Source of the DNA: Armatimonadota bacterium
Lineage (GTDB): Bacteria > Armatimonadota > UBA5829 > DTLH01
Direction of reading: 5' to 3'
Assembly: GCA_038207085.1 (NCBI GenBank)
Contig: JBBRAE010000022.1
Coordinates: 1-46,607, forward strand
DNA length: 46,607 nucleotides
A program made the position numbers and the translations under genes. Position 1 is the stretch's first letter. Each line of letters begins with the position of its first letter. The notes under the pieces are model-generated. The model was not told the origin of the DNA. It made no database searches and saw nothing but the letters and a program-made list of their open reading frames with translations. Shown piece after piece: positions 9,118 through 17,785 of the stretch.

Positions 9118-10805
9118 TGAAACGGGAAGGGTTGCCTATGTTTACCAAGAGGATAATAACCAGTCGGCGCGGATCAGCGGTGATCATCGGCATGTTTGCG
9201 CTTATGATTCTGCTGGCCTTTGGTGTCTCGTTTGTCTCTGTTGCCGTGTCGAACCTGTACAGCGCCAAGCGTGACGATCTCAGCTCAAGGGCGCTTGCAA
9301 TCGCCGAGGCGGGTATCGAGCGCGGTATCTCCTTTGTGCGTGTCGACGGAAACTGGCACACGACCCACCCGTCGAGCAACCCCGATGACCACACCGGCGA
9401 CACCTGGTTCAACGAAACACTCGCGACAGGCGAGTCGTTCAGGATCTGTGTCAGAACCGCCGCAGGAGGCGACGCAGACAGGCTGGTCATTACAAGTGTT
9501 TCGACAGTTATCCGAGGTGACGACGTCGCCTCCCGGACTCTCCGGGTAGTAGTCGAGCGCAAGGCTGAGAACGTCAACTGCTGGAACAACGTCATCTTCG
9601 CCGGAGTCGGTCAGGCTGGTCACAGCATCAACGGAAACGTTGTTATGCGGGGTTCGATACACCTGCTCGGCGATGGTGAGCCGTTCACCGACATCGACCA
9701 CGACGGCAAGTGGGACAACGACGAGGCCTACACCGACAGCAACCATAACGGCGTCTACAACCTCGGTGAGCCCTATACCGACACAGACCACGATGGCCAC
9801 CGCGATTCCCGCGAGCCATTCACCGATCTAAACGGCAACGGTTCGCGCGATCCGGCTCTGACCGTTACGGACCTTGCAGAAGAGATGTCAGGAACCGCCG
9901 ACGTAGGTAACAACTATAGCGGTATGTCCTCAACTCTCACCAACAAGGTGCCGGCCATCCCGACTACGACTTTCAATGGTGAGACGGTAGGAACTCTGGA
10001 CGCCAAGCTCAGGGTCAAACACGGACAGGTGGGAATCTCGGGCGCGGCTACGGTCGGCTCGGGGAACACAGCGGGCAACTCCATCAAGGAAACTATGGAC
10101 GGCTGCTACGTAACCGATGGTTACACCGGCAACAAAGGCGCATCAAGTGTCTATTCTGACAACGGCTCCAACGCCGACTACGATCTCGGCGATGGGCTTG
10201 TGACCTTTCCGTCGCTTGCCGATCCCTGTCCTCCCTATGGTACATATCAGGACTACCTGCAGAGCACGTCTTATGTAAGAAACGGAGCCTTGACGCTCGG
10301 CACGAGCACCTCATACGTGTTTGGGGATGCAAACGGCGGTCTAGTATATAACAAAGACACAAAGACCCTTACAGTGTATGGGAAGGTCTACGTCAGCGGT
10401 GACATAACGCTCGATACAAGCATCAAGTATGTGGGCGCGGGCACGTTGATCTCGACCGGAGACATAAACATCAACGGCAACCTGCTTCCCAATACCGGGT
10501 TCCCACTTACGGACAGGCTGGGTCTGATCGCTGCACATAACATGACCGTAGGCGGTTCGTCTCAGCTCACTGTCGCGGCGGCGTGTTACGCTCAGTATCA
10601 GATAAACATACCGAAGCAGACGGAATTTGCCGGGACGTGCGTCTCAAGTTACTTCAGTGTGAAAAACGTTCCGCATCTCTATCAGGTGCCCGCGCTGAAG
10701 GACAACCTTCCACCCGGCATGCCCGGGTCCGACCCGATATGGGTCATAGACGTAAGCGTTCTCAGCTGGCAGGACGTGTCCGGCTCCTCGTCACAGACCC
10801 ACTAG
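9117..10805 (+). CDS. PilX-like minor pilin with four DxDxDG-type Ca-binding repeats and beta-rich C-domain
   Basis: RRG|SAVIIGMF, 'ALAIAEAGIE' PilX-N motif; repeats EPFTDIDHDG, EAYTDSNHNG, EPYTDTDHDG, EPFTDLNGNG. Confidence 0.75.
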   Translation: MKREGLPMFTKRIITSRRGSAVIIGMFALMILLAFGVSFVSVAVSNLYSAKRDDLSSRALAIAEAGIERGISFVRVDGNWHTTHPSSNPDDHTGDTWFNETLATGESFRICVRTAAGGDADRLVITSVSTVIRGDDVASRTLRVVVERKAENVNCWNNVIFAGVGQAGHSINGNVVMRGSIHLLGDGEPFTDIDHDGKWDNDEAYTDSNHNGVYNLGEPYTDTDHDGHRDSREPFTDLNGNGSRDPALTVTDLAEEMSGTADVGNNYSGMSSTLTNKVPAIPTTTFNGETVGTLDAKLRVKHGQVGISGAATVGSGNTAGNSIKETMDGCYVTDGYTGNKGASSVYSDNGSNADYDLGDGLVTFPSLADPCPPYGTYQDYLQSTSYVRNGALTLGTSTSYVFGDANGGLVYNKDTKTLTVYGKVYVSGDITLDTSIKYVGAGTLISTGDININGNLLPNTGFPLTDRLGLIAAHNMTVGGSSQLTVAAACYAQYQINIPKQTEFAGTCVSSYFSVKNVPHLYQVPALKDNLPPGMPGSDPIWVIDVSVLSWQDVSGSSSQTH

Positions 10806-10820
10806 CTCGAACAAATGCAC

Positions 10821-10861
10821 AAAAAAGCGCCTCAGGAGGGATTCTCCGGGGCGCTTTTTTT
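10821..10861. terminator. Bidirectional intrinsic terminator
   Basis: AAAAAAGCGCC...GGCGCTTTTTTT between convergent genes. Confidence 0.85.
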
Positions 10862-10878
10862 GTAAGTGACCAGCGTTC

Positions 10879-12222
10879 TTACGCTTCCGGCTCGGCAAAG
10901 CCAAACTCCCTGATCTTGCACCGCAGAGTCTTGCGGTCGATCTGCAATATGCTCGCCGCAGCCGACTTGTTCCAGTTGCAGTGGATCAGCACTCGCCTGA
11001 TGTGGTCACGCTCGATGTCTCTGAGCGGTTTTGCCACATTGTGTTTGCGCTTTGAGAGCCCTCCGCCGTTTAAGCTCAGGTGCGTGGGTTGGATCATTCC
11101 TCCGTCGCAGATCATTGTAGCGCGCTCGACACAGTTTTCGAGCTCCCGGACGTTTCCCTTCCACTCACAGGCGAGTATAAGCTGCATCGCCGGTTCCGAT
11201 ATCCCCGATATGCTCTTGCCGGTTTCAGCCGCGTACTTGCCTGCGAAATACTTGGCAAGCGCAGGGACATCCTCGACTCGCTCGCGAAGTGGAGGCAGGC
11301 TGATCGTGAAGACATTCAGATAGTCGCAGAGCATCTCCGGCTTGTTGGGGCCGATCACCTCAGTGAGGTCAGCGTTTGTCGAGGCAATGACCCTTACGTC
11401 AGCCGAAAAAGTCCTGCTGCCACCGACCCGCTCATACTCCCTGTGCTGGAGCACTCGAAGGATCTTGTCCTGAACATCCGCGCCAAGACCCGCGACCTCG
11501 TCTAGAAATAGCGTTCCACCGTTTGCAAGCTCGACCCGTCCGACCTGCCTCGATGAAGTCTCACGGGAGACTCCTTTTTCACGCCCAAATAGCTCCGCCT
11601 CGACCGCTTCGTCAGAAAGCCCGCCGCACGCGAGCCTGACGAATGGGCCGGCCCCACGTCGGCTCTTGTAGTGGATCGCCCGGGCGAAATACTCCTTGCC
11701 TGTCCCGCTTTCGCCGCAGATCAGCACCGGCGAGTCGGTTTCGGCGATCTCAAGGGCCATCTGATACGCCTTCTTTGACGCCATATTGGTGGCTATCATC
11801 GTATCAAAGCTGTAGAGCCCCTTCAGCTCTTCAAGAAGATGGCTATTTTGGTCGACCAGTCTTCTGTGGCGGAGGGCTCGCAGGACGCTGTGCTTTATCA
11901 CATCGGGGTGCAGCGGTTCAGTTAGAAAATCAAACGCGCCGCGCTTCATAGCTTCCAGCGCTGAGTCGACTTCCACGTTTTCTGACTTGGCGATGATGGT
12001 TATCTCGGGGCACTCGTCCATAATCGCCTGAAGCGCCCGCATGCCGCCTCGCTTGGGGAGGTCTATATCGAGTATGACCAGGTCATAGGCGTAGACGCAC
12101 GCAGCCGATACGGCCTTTTTGCCGTCCGGGGCCTGATCCACGACGTGTCCGTCCGCTTCCAGCGACTGGGTAAAAAGGGACCTGCACTCCGCATCATTGT
12201 CTACGATAAGAATTCTGGCCAT
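10879..12222 (-). CDS. Atypical NtrC/AtoC-like regulator (REC-AAA+-Fis HTH) lacking GAFTGA
   Basis: GESGTGKE, GGTLFLDEV, WKGNVRELEN, C-terminal HTH; GAFTGA position reads GVSRET. Confidence 0.88.
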   Translation of the reverse strand: MARILIVDNDAECRSLFTQSLEADGHVVDQAPDGKKAVSAACVYAYDLVILDIDLPKRGGMRALQAIMDECPEITIIAKSENVEVDSALEAMKRGAFDFLTEPLHPDVIKHSVLRALRHRRLVDQNSHLLEELKGLYSFDTMIATNMASKKAYQMALEIAETDSPVLICGESGTGKEYFARAIHYKSRRGAGPFVRLACGGLSDEAVEAELFGREKGVSRETSSRQVGRVELANGGTLFLDEVAGLGADVQDKILRVLQHREYERVGGSRTFSADVRVIASTNADLTEVIGPNKPEMLCDYLNVFTISLPPLRERVEDVPALAKYFAGKYAAETGKSISGISEPAMQLILACEWKGNVRELENCVERATMICDGGMIQPTHLSLNGGGLSKRKHNVAKPLRDIERDHIRRVLIHCNWNKSAAASILQIDRKTLRCKIREFGFAEPEA

Positions 12223-12266
12223 TGTGTTCTAAAGTTAAGTCCGTGAGGAGGATTATCGGCAAACTG

Positions 12267-12315
12267 ATTATACCCCAGGTAAGCCTACTTAGCAAGACGG
12301 CAGGTAGGCTTACCT
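12267..12315 (-). promoter_or_regulatory. Sigma70-like promoter (TTGCTA-N17-TATAAT) overlapped by a perfect 12-bp inverted repeat
   Basis: AGGTAAGCCTAC (12277-12288) / GTAGGCTTACCT (12304-12315). Confidence 0.55.
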
Positions 12316-12337
12316 CCCTATCTTGCTGCTCGTATGT

Positions 12338-12367
12338 TTGCCAGCCTGTTCGGGCTTGTGATATAAT
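12338..12367 (+). promoter_or_regulatory. Sigma70-like promoter of the efp operon
   Basis: TTGCCA-N18-TATAAT with extended -10 TG. Confidence 0.6.
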
Positions 12368-12412
12368 CTGAGCGACTATATGGATGAGATTTTTGGAGGT
12401 CGGAACCAATAG

Positions 12413-12970
12413 ATGGATACCAGTGATTTCAAGAATGGCCTTTCTATCATACAGGACAACGATATTTTTACGATCGTTGAGTTTCAGCATGTAAAGCCTG
12501 GAAAAGGCGGGGCATTTGTTCGCACTAAGATAAAGAACCTTCGCACCGGAGCAGTGGTCGACAAGACTTTCCGCGCAGGTGAGAAGATGGATCAGGCCAT
12601 TCTCGATCGCACGCAGATGAACTATATCTACGAGCAGGATGGAGACTACTACCTGATGGACCTGGAGACCTTTGAGCAGGTCCCTGTGAAGGGCAGTCTC
12701 ATCGGCGACTCGGTCAAATATCTCAGGGAGAACGAGCAGGTTCAGGTGGTTCTTCACAACGAGATTATCATCGGAGTTGAGCTTCCGTTCACCGTGGAAC
12801 TCGAAGTTATCGAGTGCGCTTCGGGCGAGCGTGGCAACACCGCCTCCGGTGGGTCAAAGCCTGCCAAGCTTGAGACCGGCGCAGTCATTCAGGTGCCGTT
12901 CTTTATCAACGTTGGAGATAAACTGAAAGTAGATACACGCACGGACGCTTATTTGGAGCGAGTCAAATAG
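12413..12970 (+). CDS. efp: Elongation factor P
   Basis: HVKPGKGGAFVR, KTFRAGEK, KPAKLETG, VPFFINVGD. Confidence 0.97.
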   Translation: MDTSDFKNGLSIIQDNDIFTIVEFQHVKPGKGGAFVRTKIKNLRTGAVVDKTFRAGEKMDQAILDRTQMNYIYEQDGDYYLMDLETFEQVPVKGSLIGDSVKYLRENEQVQVVLHNEIIIGVELPFTVELEVIECASGERGNTASGGSKPAKLETGAVIQVPFFINVGDKLKVDTRTDAYLERVK

Positions 12971-12991
12971 CCATCTGATAAGACCTAAGAG

Positions 12992-14140
12992 GTGGTAATG
13001 TCAATGAAAAGTCAGCGTTCCAAGAAAGCCAGTCAGGTCTTCGACATTATCGAGTCCATTGCAGACTTGGGGATCAAGCTTGGCGGCATAGCGTTTCTGC
13101 TGATGCTGTCCTATATCATCTACGGGCTTGCCGCGAAGAACGGGTTTACCGCTCTTGCTGCGATGCCCAAGGCTGACAGACTGCGAGTGCTCAGTCTGGT
13201 GATGATCACGGGCAAGATTTTCTGGGTATCGGGAGCAGTCGTCGCATTTTCGGTCGCGGCGCGTTACTACGTTGAGGAGGCGCTGGGGTATATTATCTCG
13301 CTCCTCGGTGTGCTGCTCTATCTGGGCACTCCGTATGTGTTTGCGACGAAGTTCCCGCACGAGTTGCTCGCGAAGAATGTGGCGATTGGGATCGTTGTAA
13401 CGAACTTCCGCTCGCTTGGGATGACTCTATTTATCCCTGGTGCGATATTGATCCTGCGGCATTTCGCGCTGAAGATATTCAGACTGTTCAGGCGTCAAGA
13501 TATCAAGAAGGCCCGCTACGACAGTAGCTTTATCGTAGGTGAAGTGCCGGATATCGATCCGGAGCCTTACAAGCCGAGGCCTTACTCATCTTGCTGGCAT
13601 ATGCCTTACTGTCGGACGTTTATCCGCGGGTTCTGCCCGGCACATGAGGCTAAGAAGTCGTGCTGGAGGCTAAAAAGAGGCTGCATGTGCGACGGCGACA
13701 TCATTATGGGCGCGCTCAAGGCAAGAAGCTCCGACGGCAGCTCGTTCCACAAGGAACTGATGTATCGCGGTGCTGATATGGCGCCGAAAACCAAGCTTAC
13801 GGCGGCGCAGAAGCGACTGCGCTGCCGGATGTGCGTAATTTACGATTTTCACCAGAATCAGAAGTACAAGATAATCAGTCCGCTTGTCTTTCCGTTTGTG
13901 GTTTGGCTGATGTGGTCGAGCTACTCAAGCGTGGTCGGGGTATTGCAGACGGCGGTAGACTTCACGGACAAGCTGATGAAGACCGTTGCTTTTGCGCCGG
14001 GCGCTGACGGTCTAAAGCACATATCGGCGTCGGCGACTCCTGATTATGTGTTGGTAGTGTTTGTTGTGTGGCTCGGGCTTATTGCTATGAGCTACTTGTT
14101 GCAGTTCGTTGAGTTCTGCATATTTGGTCTGAAAATCTAG
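12992..14140 (+). CDS. Multi-TM membrane protein with Cys-rich (two-CW-like) soluble domain
   Basis: About 4 TM, then CW..PYC...CPA...CW...GCMC...CRMC.IY, then 2 TM. Confidence 0.7.
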   Translation: MVMSMKSQRSKKASQVFDIIESIADLGIKLGGIAFLLMLSYIIYGLAAKNGFTALAAMPKADRLRVLSLVMITGKIFWVSGAVVAFSVAARYYVEEALGYIISLLGVLLYLGTPYVFATKFPHELLAKNVAIGIVVTNFRSLGMTLFIPGAILILRHFALKIFRLFRRQDIKKARYDSSFIVGEVPDIDPEPYKPRPYSSCWHMPYCRTFIRGFCPAHEAKKSCWRLKRGCMCDGDIIMGALKARSSDGSSFHKELMYRGADMAPKTKLTAAQKRLRCRMCVIYDFHQNQKYKIISPLVFPFVVWLMWSSYSSVVGVLQTAVDFTDKLMKTVAFAPGADGLKHISASATPDYVLVVFVVWLGLIAMSYLLQFVEFCIFGLKI

Positions 14141-14199
14141 TCGGCTCGGCGCACGTGTCGGGCCAAATTGGTGGGACTTGGTGTTCTGCCTGTTGAAGG

Positions 14200-14628
14200 G
14201 TGTTCGAGATGGATCTTGATCGAATAGAAGCGATTATTGAAGTCGTTAAAGACGCGGCTGTGACTGAGGTCTCCGTGCGCCAGAACGGCTCAACCATCGT
14301 TGTTAAGAAGCCTCTTGGCAAGCTGAAAACTTCGGCTGTGCCTCGTAAGGCGTCTCCCAAAACTGCTGCGGAGGTCTCACAGGTCGCGGCTGTCGCTGTT
14401 GACGAGATGGTTGTGAACGCCCTGATGGTCGGGATTTTTCGCACCATCGACGGCGTCGCGACTGTCGGCGACATCGTCAAAAAAGGTCAGGCGCTCGGGG
14501 TGATCGAGTCTATGAAGCTCATGAACGAGATCAAGTCCGATGCCGATGGCTCAGTCGCCGAGGTCTACGTTGAGGATGGAACGCCGGTCGAGTTCGGCCA
14601 GGCGCTATTCAGACTGAACAAGGCATAG
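14200..14628 (+). CDS. accB: Acetyl-CoA carboxylase biotin carboxyl carrier protein
   Basis: Biotinylation motif ESMKLMNE, 'PVEFGQALF'; close to accC. Confidence 0.9.
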   Translation: MFEMDLDRIEAIIEVVKDAAVTEVSVRQNGSTIVVKKPLGKLKTSAVPRKASPKTAAEVSQVAAVAVDEMVVNALMVGIFRTIDGVATVGDIVKKGQALGVIESMKLMNEIKSDADGSVAEVYVEDGTPVEFGQALFRLNKA

Positions 14629-14633
14629 GAGAC

Positions 14634-15047
14634 GTGAAAATGCTTGGTAGCGTGAAAAACGAGCGAGGTAACTTGTCGCTTGTCGGGCTTTTGGCCGGTG
14701 TGGCTATCATCGGCCTTTTGATGTATTTTGTCCTGCTCCCGAAGCTCAACACCTCCACCAATCGGGCTGTCAAAGAGGGTCTAGTCAAGCCCAAAGACGG
14801 CCAGAGCGTCTACAGTGCGGCGATGGACAAGGGTAAGGAAACCGAGTGTATGTCCAATCTCCGTGAGATCCGTCAGATGATCCACATGGAGAAGGACGCA
14901 AATCCTGGCGGGCAGTTATCCGGCACGCTTCAGGAGATGAAGGCGCCGAACGAGATGATGTCTTGTCCGGTTTCCAAGCAGAGGTATGTCTATGATCCCA
15001 CTGCCGGTACGGTGCGATGCGTCACTGAGGGCCACGACAAACTCTAG
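14634..15047 (+). CDS. Small pilin-like membrane-anchored protein
   Basis: KNERG|NLSLVGLL hydrophobic segment; 'CMSNLREI' and C-terminal CP...VRC..GH. Confidence 0.65.
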   Translation: MKMLGSVKNERGNLSLVGLLAGVAIIGLLMYFVLLPKLNTSTNRAVKEGLVKPKDGQSVYSAAMDKGKETECMSNLREIRQMIHMEKDANPGGQLSGTLQEMKAPNEMMSCPVSKQRYVYDPTAGTVRCVTEGHDKL

Positions 15048-15058
15048 GAGTTTCAACT

Positions 15059-16411
15059 GTGTTTAAGAAGGTTCTAATTGCAAACCGCGGCGAGATCGCC
15101 GTTAGAATAATACGCGCCTGCAAAGAGATGAAGATCGCGACTGTTGCGGTCTACTCTCAGGCGGACGCGAACTCGCTCCACGTCAGGCTTGCTGATGAAG
15201 CCGTCTGCGTCGGCCCGCCGCCGAACAAGGACAGCTACCTCAATATGCCGAACATCATCAGCGCTGCGATGATCACCGGCGCTGACGCGATCCATCCCGG
15301 CTATGCCTATTTCTCAGAGCAGCCGAGTTTCGCCGAGGCGTGCGAGGCGTGTAACCTCACATTCATCGGCCCGAGCGCGTCCGCTATCGAGAAGATGGGC
15401 AACAAGTCCAAAGCCCGTGAGATCATGCAGGCGGCTAATGTCCCCATCATCCCCGGCACCAAGGGCACGATCGAAAGTGAGCAGGAAGCTTACAAGACGG
15501 CGCAGAACATGGGCTACCCCGTGCTTATCAAAGCCTCCGCAGGCGGCGGTGGCCGAGGTATTCGCCTGGTTCAGAACGATGAGGAACTTGTAACCCAGCT
15601 CAAGATGGCTAAAGCCGAGGCTGAGTCGACGTTCGGAAACGGCGCTGTTTACATGGAGAAGTTTATCGAGGACCCGCGCCACATTGAGATTCAGATCATG
15701 GCCGATAAGCACGGCCACTGCATCCACCTCGGCGAGCGCGAGTGCTCCATCCAGACCGCGCGTCATCAGAAGATGGTGGAGGAGTCGCCCTCTGTTGCGA
15801 TCACCCCTGCGCTTCGTCAGAAGATGGGCGACGCCGCCATTCGGGCCGCAAAAGCAGCCAACTACTCGAGCGCAGGCACCGTTGAGTTCCTGCTTGACAA
15901 GGACGGCAGCTTCTACTTTATGGAGATGAACACCCGCGTACAGGTCGAGCACCCTGTGACAGAGGCTGTTACCGGCATGGACATCGTCCGCGAGATGATC
16001 CTGGTCGCCTCGGGCGAGAAGCTCAGTATGACTCAGAAGGAAGTGCAGTGGCACGGTCACGCGATCGAGTGCCGCATCACCGCTGAGGACCCTGACAACG
16101 GCTTCAAGCCCGCGGTCGGCAAGATAACGACCTTGAGCCTCCCCGGTGGCCTCGGCGTGCGCGTCGATACCCACATCTACGGAGGCTACGAGATCCCGCC
16201 GTACTACGACCCCCTGCTTATGAAGCTTATCGTTTGGGGCAAGGACCGCAACGAGGCGATCGCGAGGATGACCCGCGCGCTTGACGAAGTCGAGATCGGC
16301 GGACTGAAGACCAACGCGGAGTTCCACAAGAAGATTATGGGCAACGCCTACTTCCGCAAGGGCGATCTGTCCACCAGTTTCCTTGCTAGAAGGATGCTGA
16401 ACGAGGTTTAA
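15059..16411 (+). CDS. accC: Biotin carboxylase
   Basis: IANRGEIA, IHPGY, KASAGGGGRG, ERECSIQ, EMNTRVQVEHPVTE. Confidence 0.97.
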   Translation: MFKKVLIANRGEIAVRIIRACKEMKIATVAVYSQADANSLHVRLADEAVCVGPPPNKDSYLNMPNIISAAMITGADAIHPGYAYFSEQPSFAEACEACNLTFIGPSASAIEKMGNKSKAREIMQAANVPIIPGTKGTIESEQEAYKTAQNMGYPVLIKASAGGGGRGIRLVQNDEELVTQLKMAKAEAESTFGNGAVYMEKFIEDPRHIEIQIMADKHGHCIHLGERECSIQTARHQKMVEESPSVAITPALRQKMGDAAIRAAKAANYSSAGTVEFLLDKDGSFYFMEMNTRVQVEHPVTEAVTGMDIVREMILVASGEKLSMTQKEVQWHGHAIECRITAEDPDNGFKPAVGKITTLSLPGGLGVRVDTHIYGGYEIPPYYDPLLMKLIVWGKDRNEAIARMTRALDEVEIGGLKTNAEFHKKIMGNAYFRKGDLSTSFLARRMLNEV

Positions 16412-16857
16412 TGCAAAAACAAAGAAGGGCCGCGCGAGAATTGGCCTTGAATATCGCGTATCAAGTTGACGCTATCGGAGTGCCGTTTGAAGAGGCGCTC
16501 GAGACTGCCAAAGAAAACGCCAGAGCCGAGCCGGAATCTGTTGATTATGCCGAGATGCTCATAAGTGGGTTTCGCGAGCACCGGGAATCGATCGATGCCG
16601 TGATATCCCGACTGTCCGAAGGCTGGACGATAGAGCGCCAGCCCGCCGTGGACCGCAACATACTCCGGCTTGCGATGTTCGAGATATCGCACACCGAAGG
16701 CGTGCCTGCGGTTGTCGTCGTAAACGAGGCAGTCGAGCTTGCGAAGAAATACAGCACCGCCGACTCAGGCAAGTTCGTAAACGGTGTGCTCGCCGCGTAT
16801 TTGCGGGAGATTAAGCAAGAACCAATAGTAATAGAACAAGAAGCTGACAGCGAGTAG
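16411..16857 (+). CDS. nusB: Transcription antitermination factor NusB
   Basis: RRAARE, DRNILRLA, NEAVELAKKY, FVNGVL. Confidence 0.95.
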   Translation: MQKQRRAARELALNIAYQVDAIGVPFEEALETAKENARAEPESVDYAEMLISGFREHRESIDAVISRLSEGWTIERQPAVDRNILRLAMFEISHTEGVPAVVVVNEAVELAKKYSTADSGKFVNGVLAAYLREIKQEPIVIEQEADSE

Positions 16858-16877
16858 CAGTCAGCAGTCAGCTTTAT

Positions 16878-17759
16878 ATGGATTTACAAAAGTATCTCAA
16901 AGACCGGGGCGCGATCGTAAACGAGGCGCTGGAGTGTCATCTGCCGCTTGCCGGCGATCTGCCCGGTGTCATCCACGAGGCGATGCGCTATAGCGCAACC
17001 GATGGAGGTAAGCGTGTTCGCCCGATACTCGCGCTGGCGGCCTGTGAAGCCGTTGGTGGGAGCTATCAGTCGGCTATGCCCGCCGGTTGCGCCATCGAGT
17101 TCATCCACGCCTTCTCTCTCATCCACGACGACCTACCTTGCATGGACGACGACGATTTCCGTCGCGGCAAGCTGACGAGTCACAAAGTCTACGGCGAGGC
17201 GATCGCGCTTCTAGCCGGTGACGCGCTCATATCCCTTGCCTTTGAGGTCATAGCCGCAACCCCTGACGTCCCCGCTCTGCGACTTCTTGAAGTCAGCCGC
17301 CTGGTCGCCCGCGCGACCGGCACACGGGGGATGATCGGCGGCCAGGTGCTCGACATGCTGGCCGAGGGCCGCGATGTCGAGCTATCCGATGTTGAGGCGA
17401 TTCACAGGCGAAAGACCGGCGCGCTTCTTGAAGTGTCGGCAGTTGTCGGAGGAATTCTAGGCGGCGGCTCGAAGGATCAAGTTGACGCGCTTTCAATTTA
17501 CGGCAAGAACATTGGTCTAGCCTTCCAGGTGGCCGACGATATATTAGACCTAACCGGCGACTCCGAAAAGCTCGGCAAGTCAACCGGAAGTGACCTTCGA
17601 CAGAAAAAAGCGACATACCCAAGTGTGATCGGCATCGAGAGATCAAAATCCCTTGGAGAAAAAGCCGTCTCAGATGCAATCGAGGCGCTTTCGATCTTCG
17701 ACGAGAATGCCGACCCGCTCAGAGCAATAGCGCGGTTCATAATAGAACGCGACGTGTAA
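16878..17759 (+). CDS. ispA: Polyprenyl (farnesyl/geranylgeranyl) diphosphate synthase
   Basis: GGKRVRP, first DDLPCMDDDDFRRG motif, KTGAL, FQVADDILD. Confidence 0.93.
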   Translation: MDLQKYLKDRGAIVNEALECHLPLAGDLPGVIHEAMRYSATDGGKRVRPILALAACEAVGGSYQSAMPAGCAIEFIHAFSLIHDDLPCMDDDDFRRGKLTSHKVYGEAIALLAGDALISLAFEVIAATPDVPALRLLEVSRLVARATGTRGMIGGQVLDMLAEGRDVELSDVEAIHRRKTGALLEVSAVVGGILGGGSKDQVDALSIYGKNIGLAFQVADDILDLTGDSEKLGKSTGSDLRQKKATYPSVIGIERSKSLGEKAVSDAIEALSIFDENADPLRAIARFIIERDV

Positions 17760-17785
17760 ACCAAAGAGAAAATCGGGAGCAAGCA

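Noticed and set aside
4115..10805. Invertible (shufflon-like) pilin switch
   Set aside because: No recombinase in the window and no long inverted repeats seen flanking the central segment; the 135-bp units are direct repeats.
15314..16327. 337-aa antisense ORF and many similar shadow ORFs
   Set aside because: They mirror well-supported genes such as accC, as expected from GC-rich codon bias.
16855..16872. Heptamer-like micro-repeats (also 282-297, 1638-1662, 42815-42840)
   Set aside because: Only 2-4 degenerate units in spacers; no evidence of phase variation or function.
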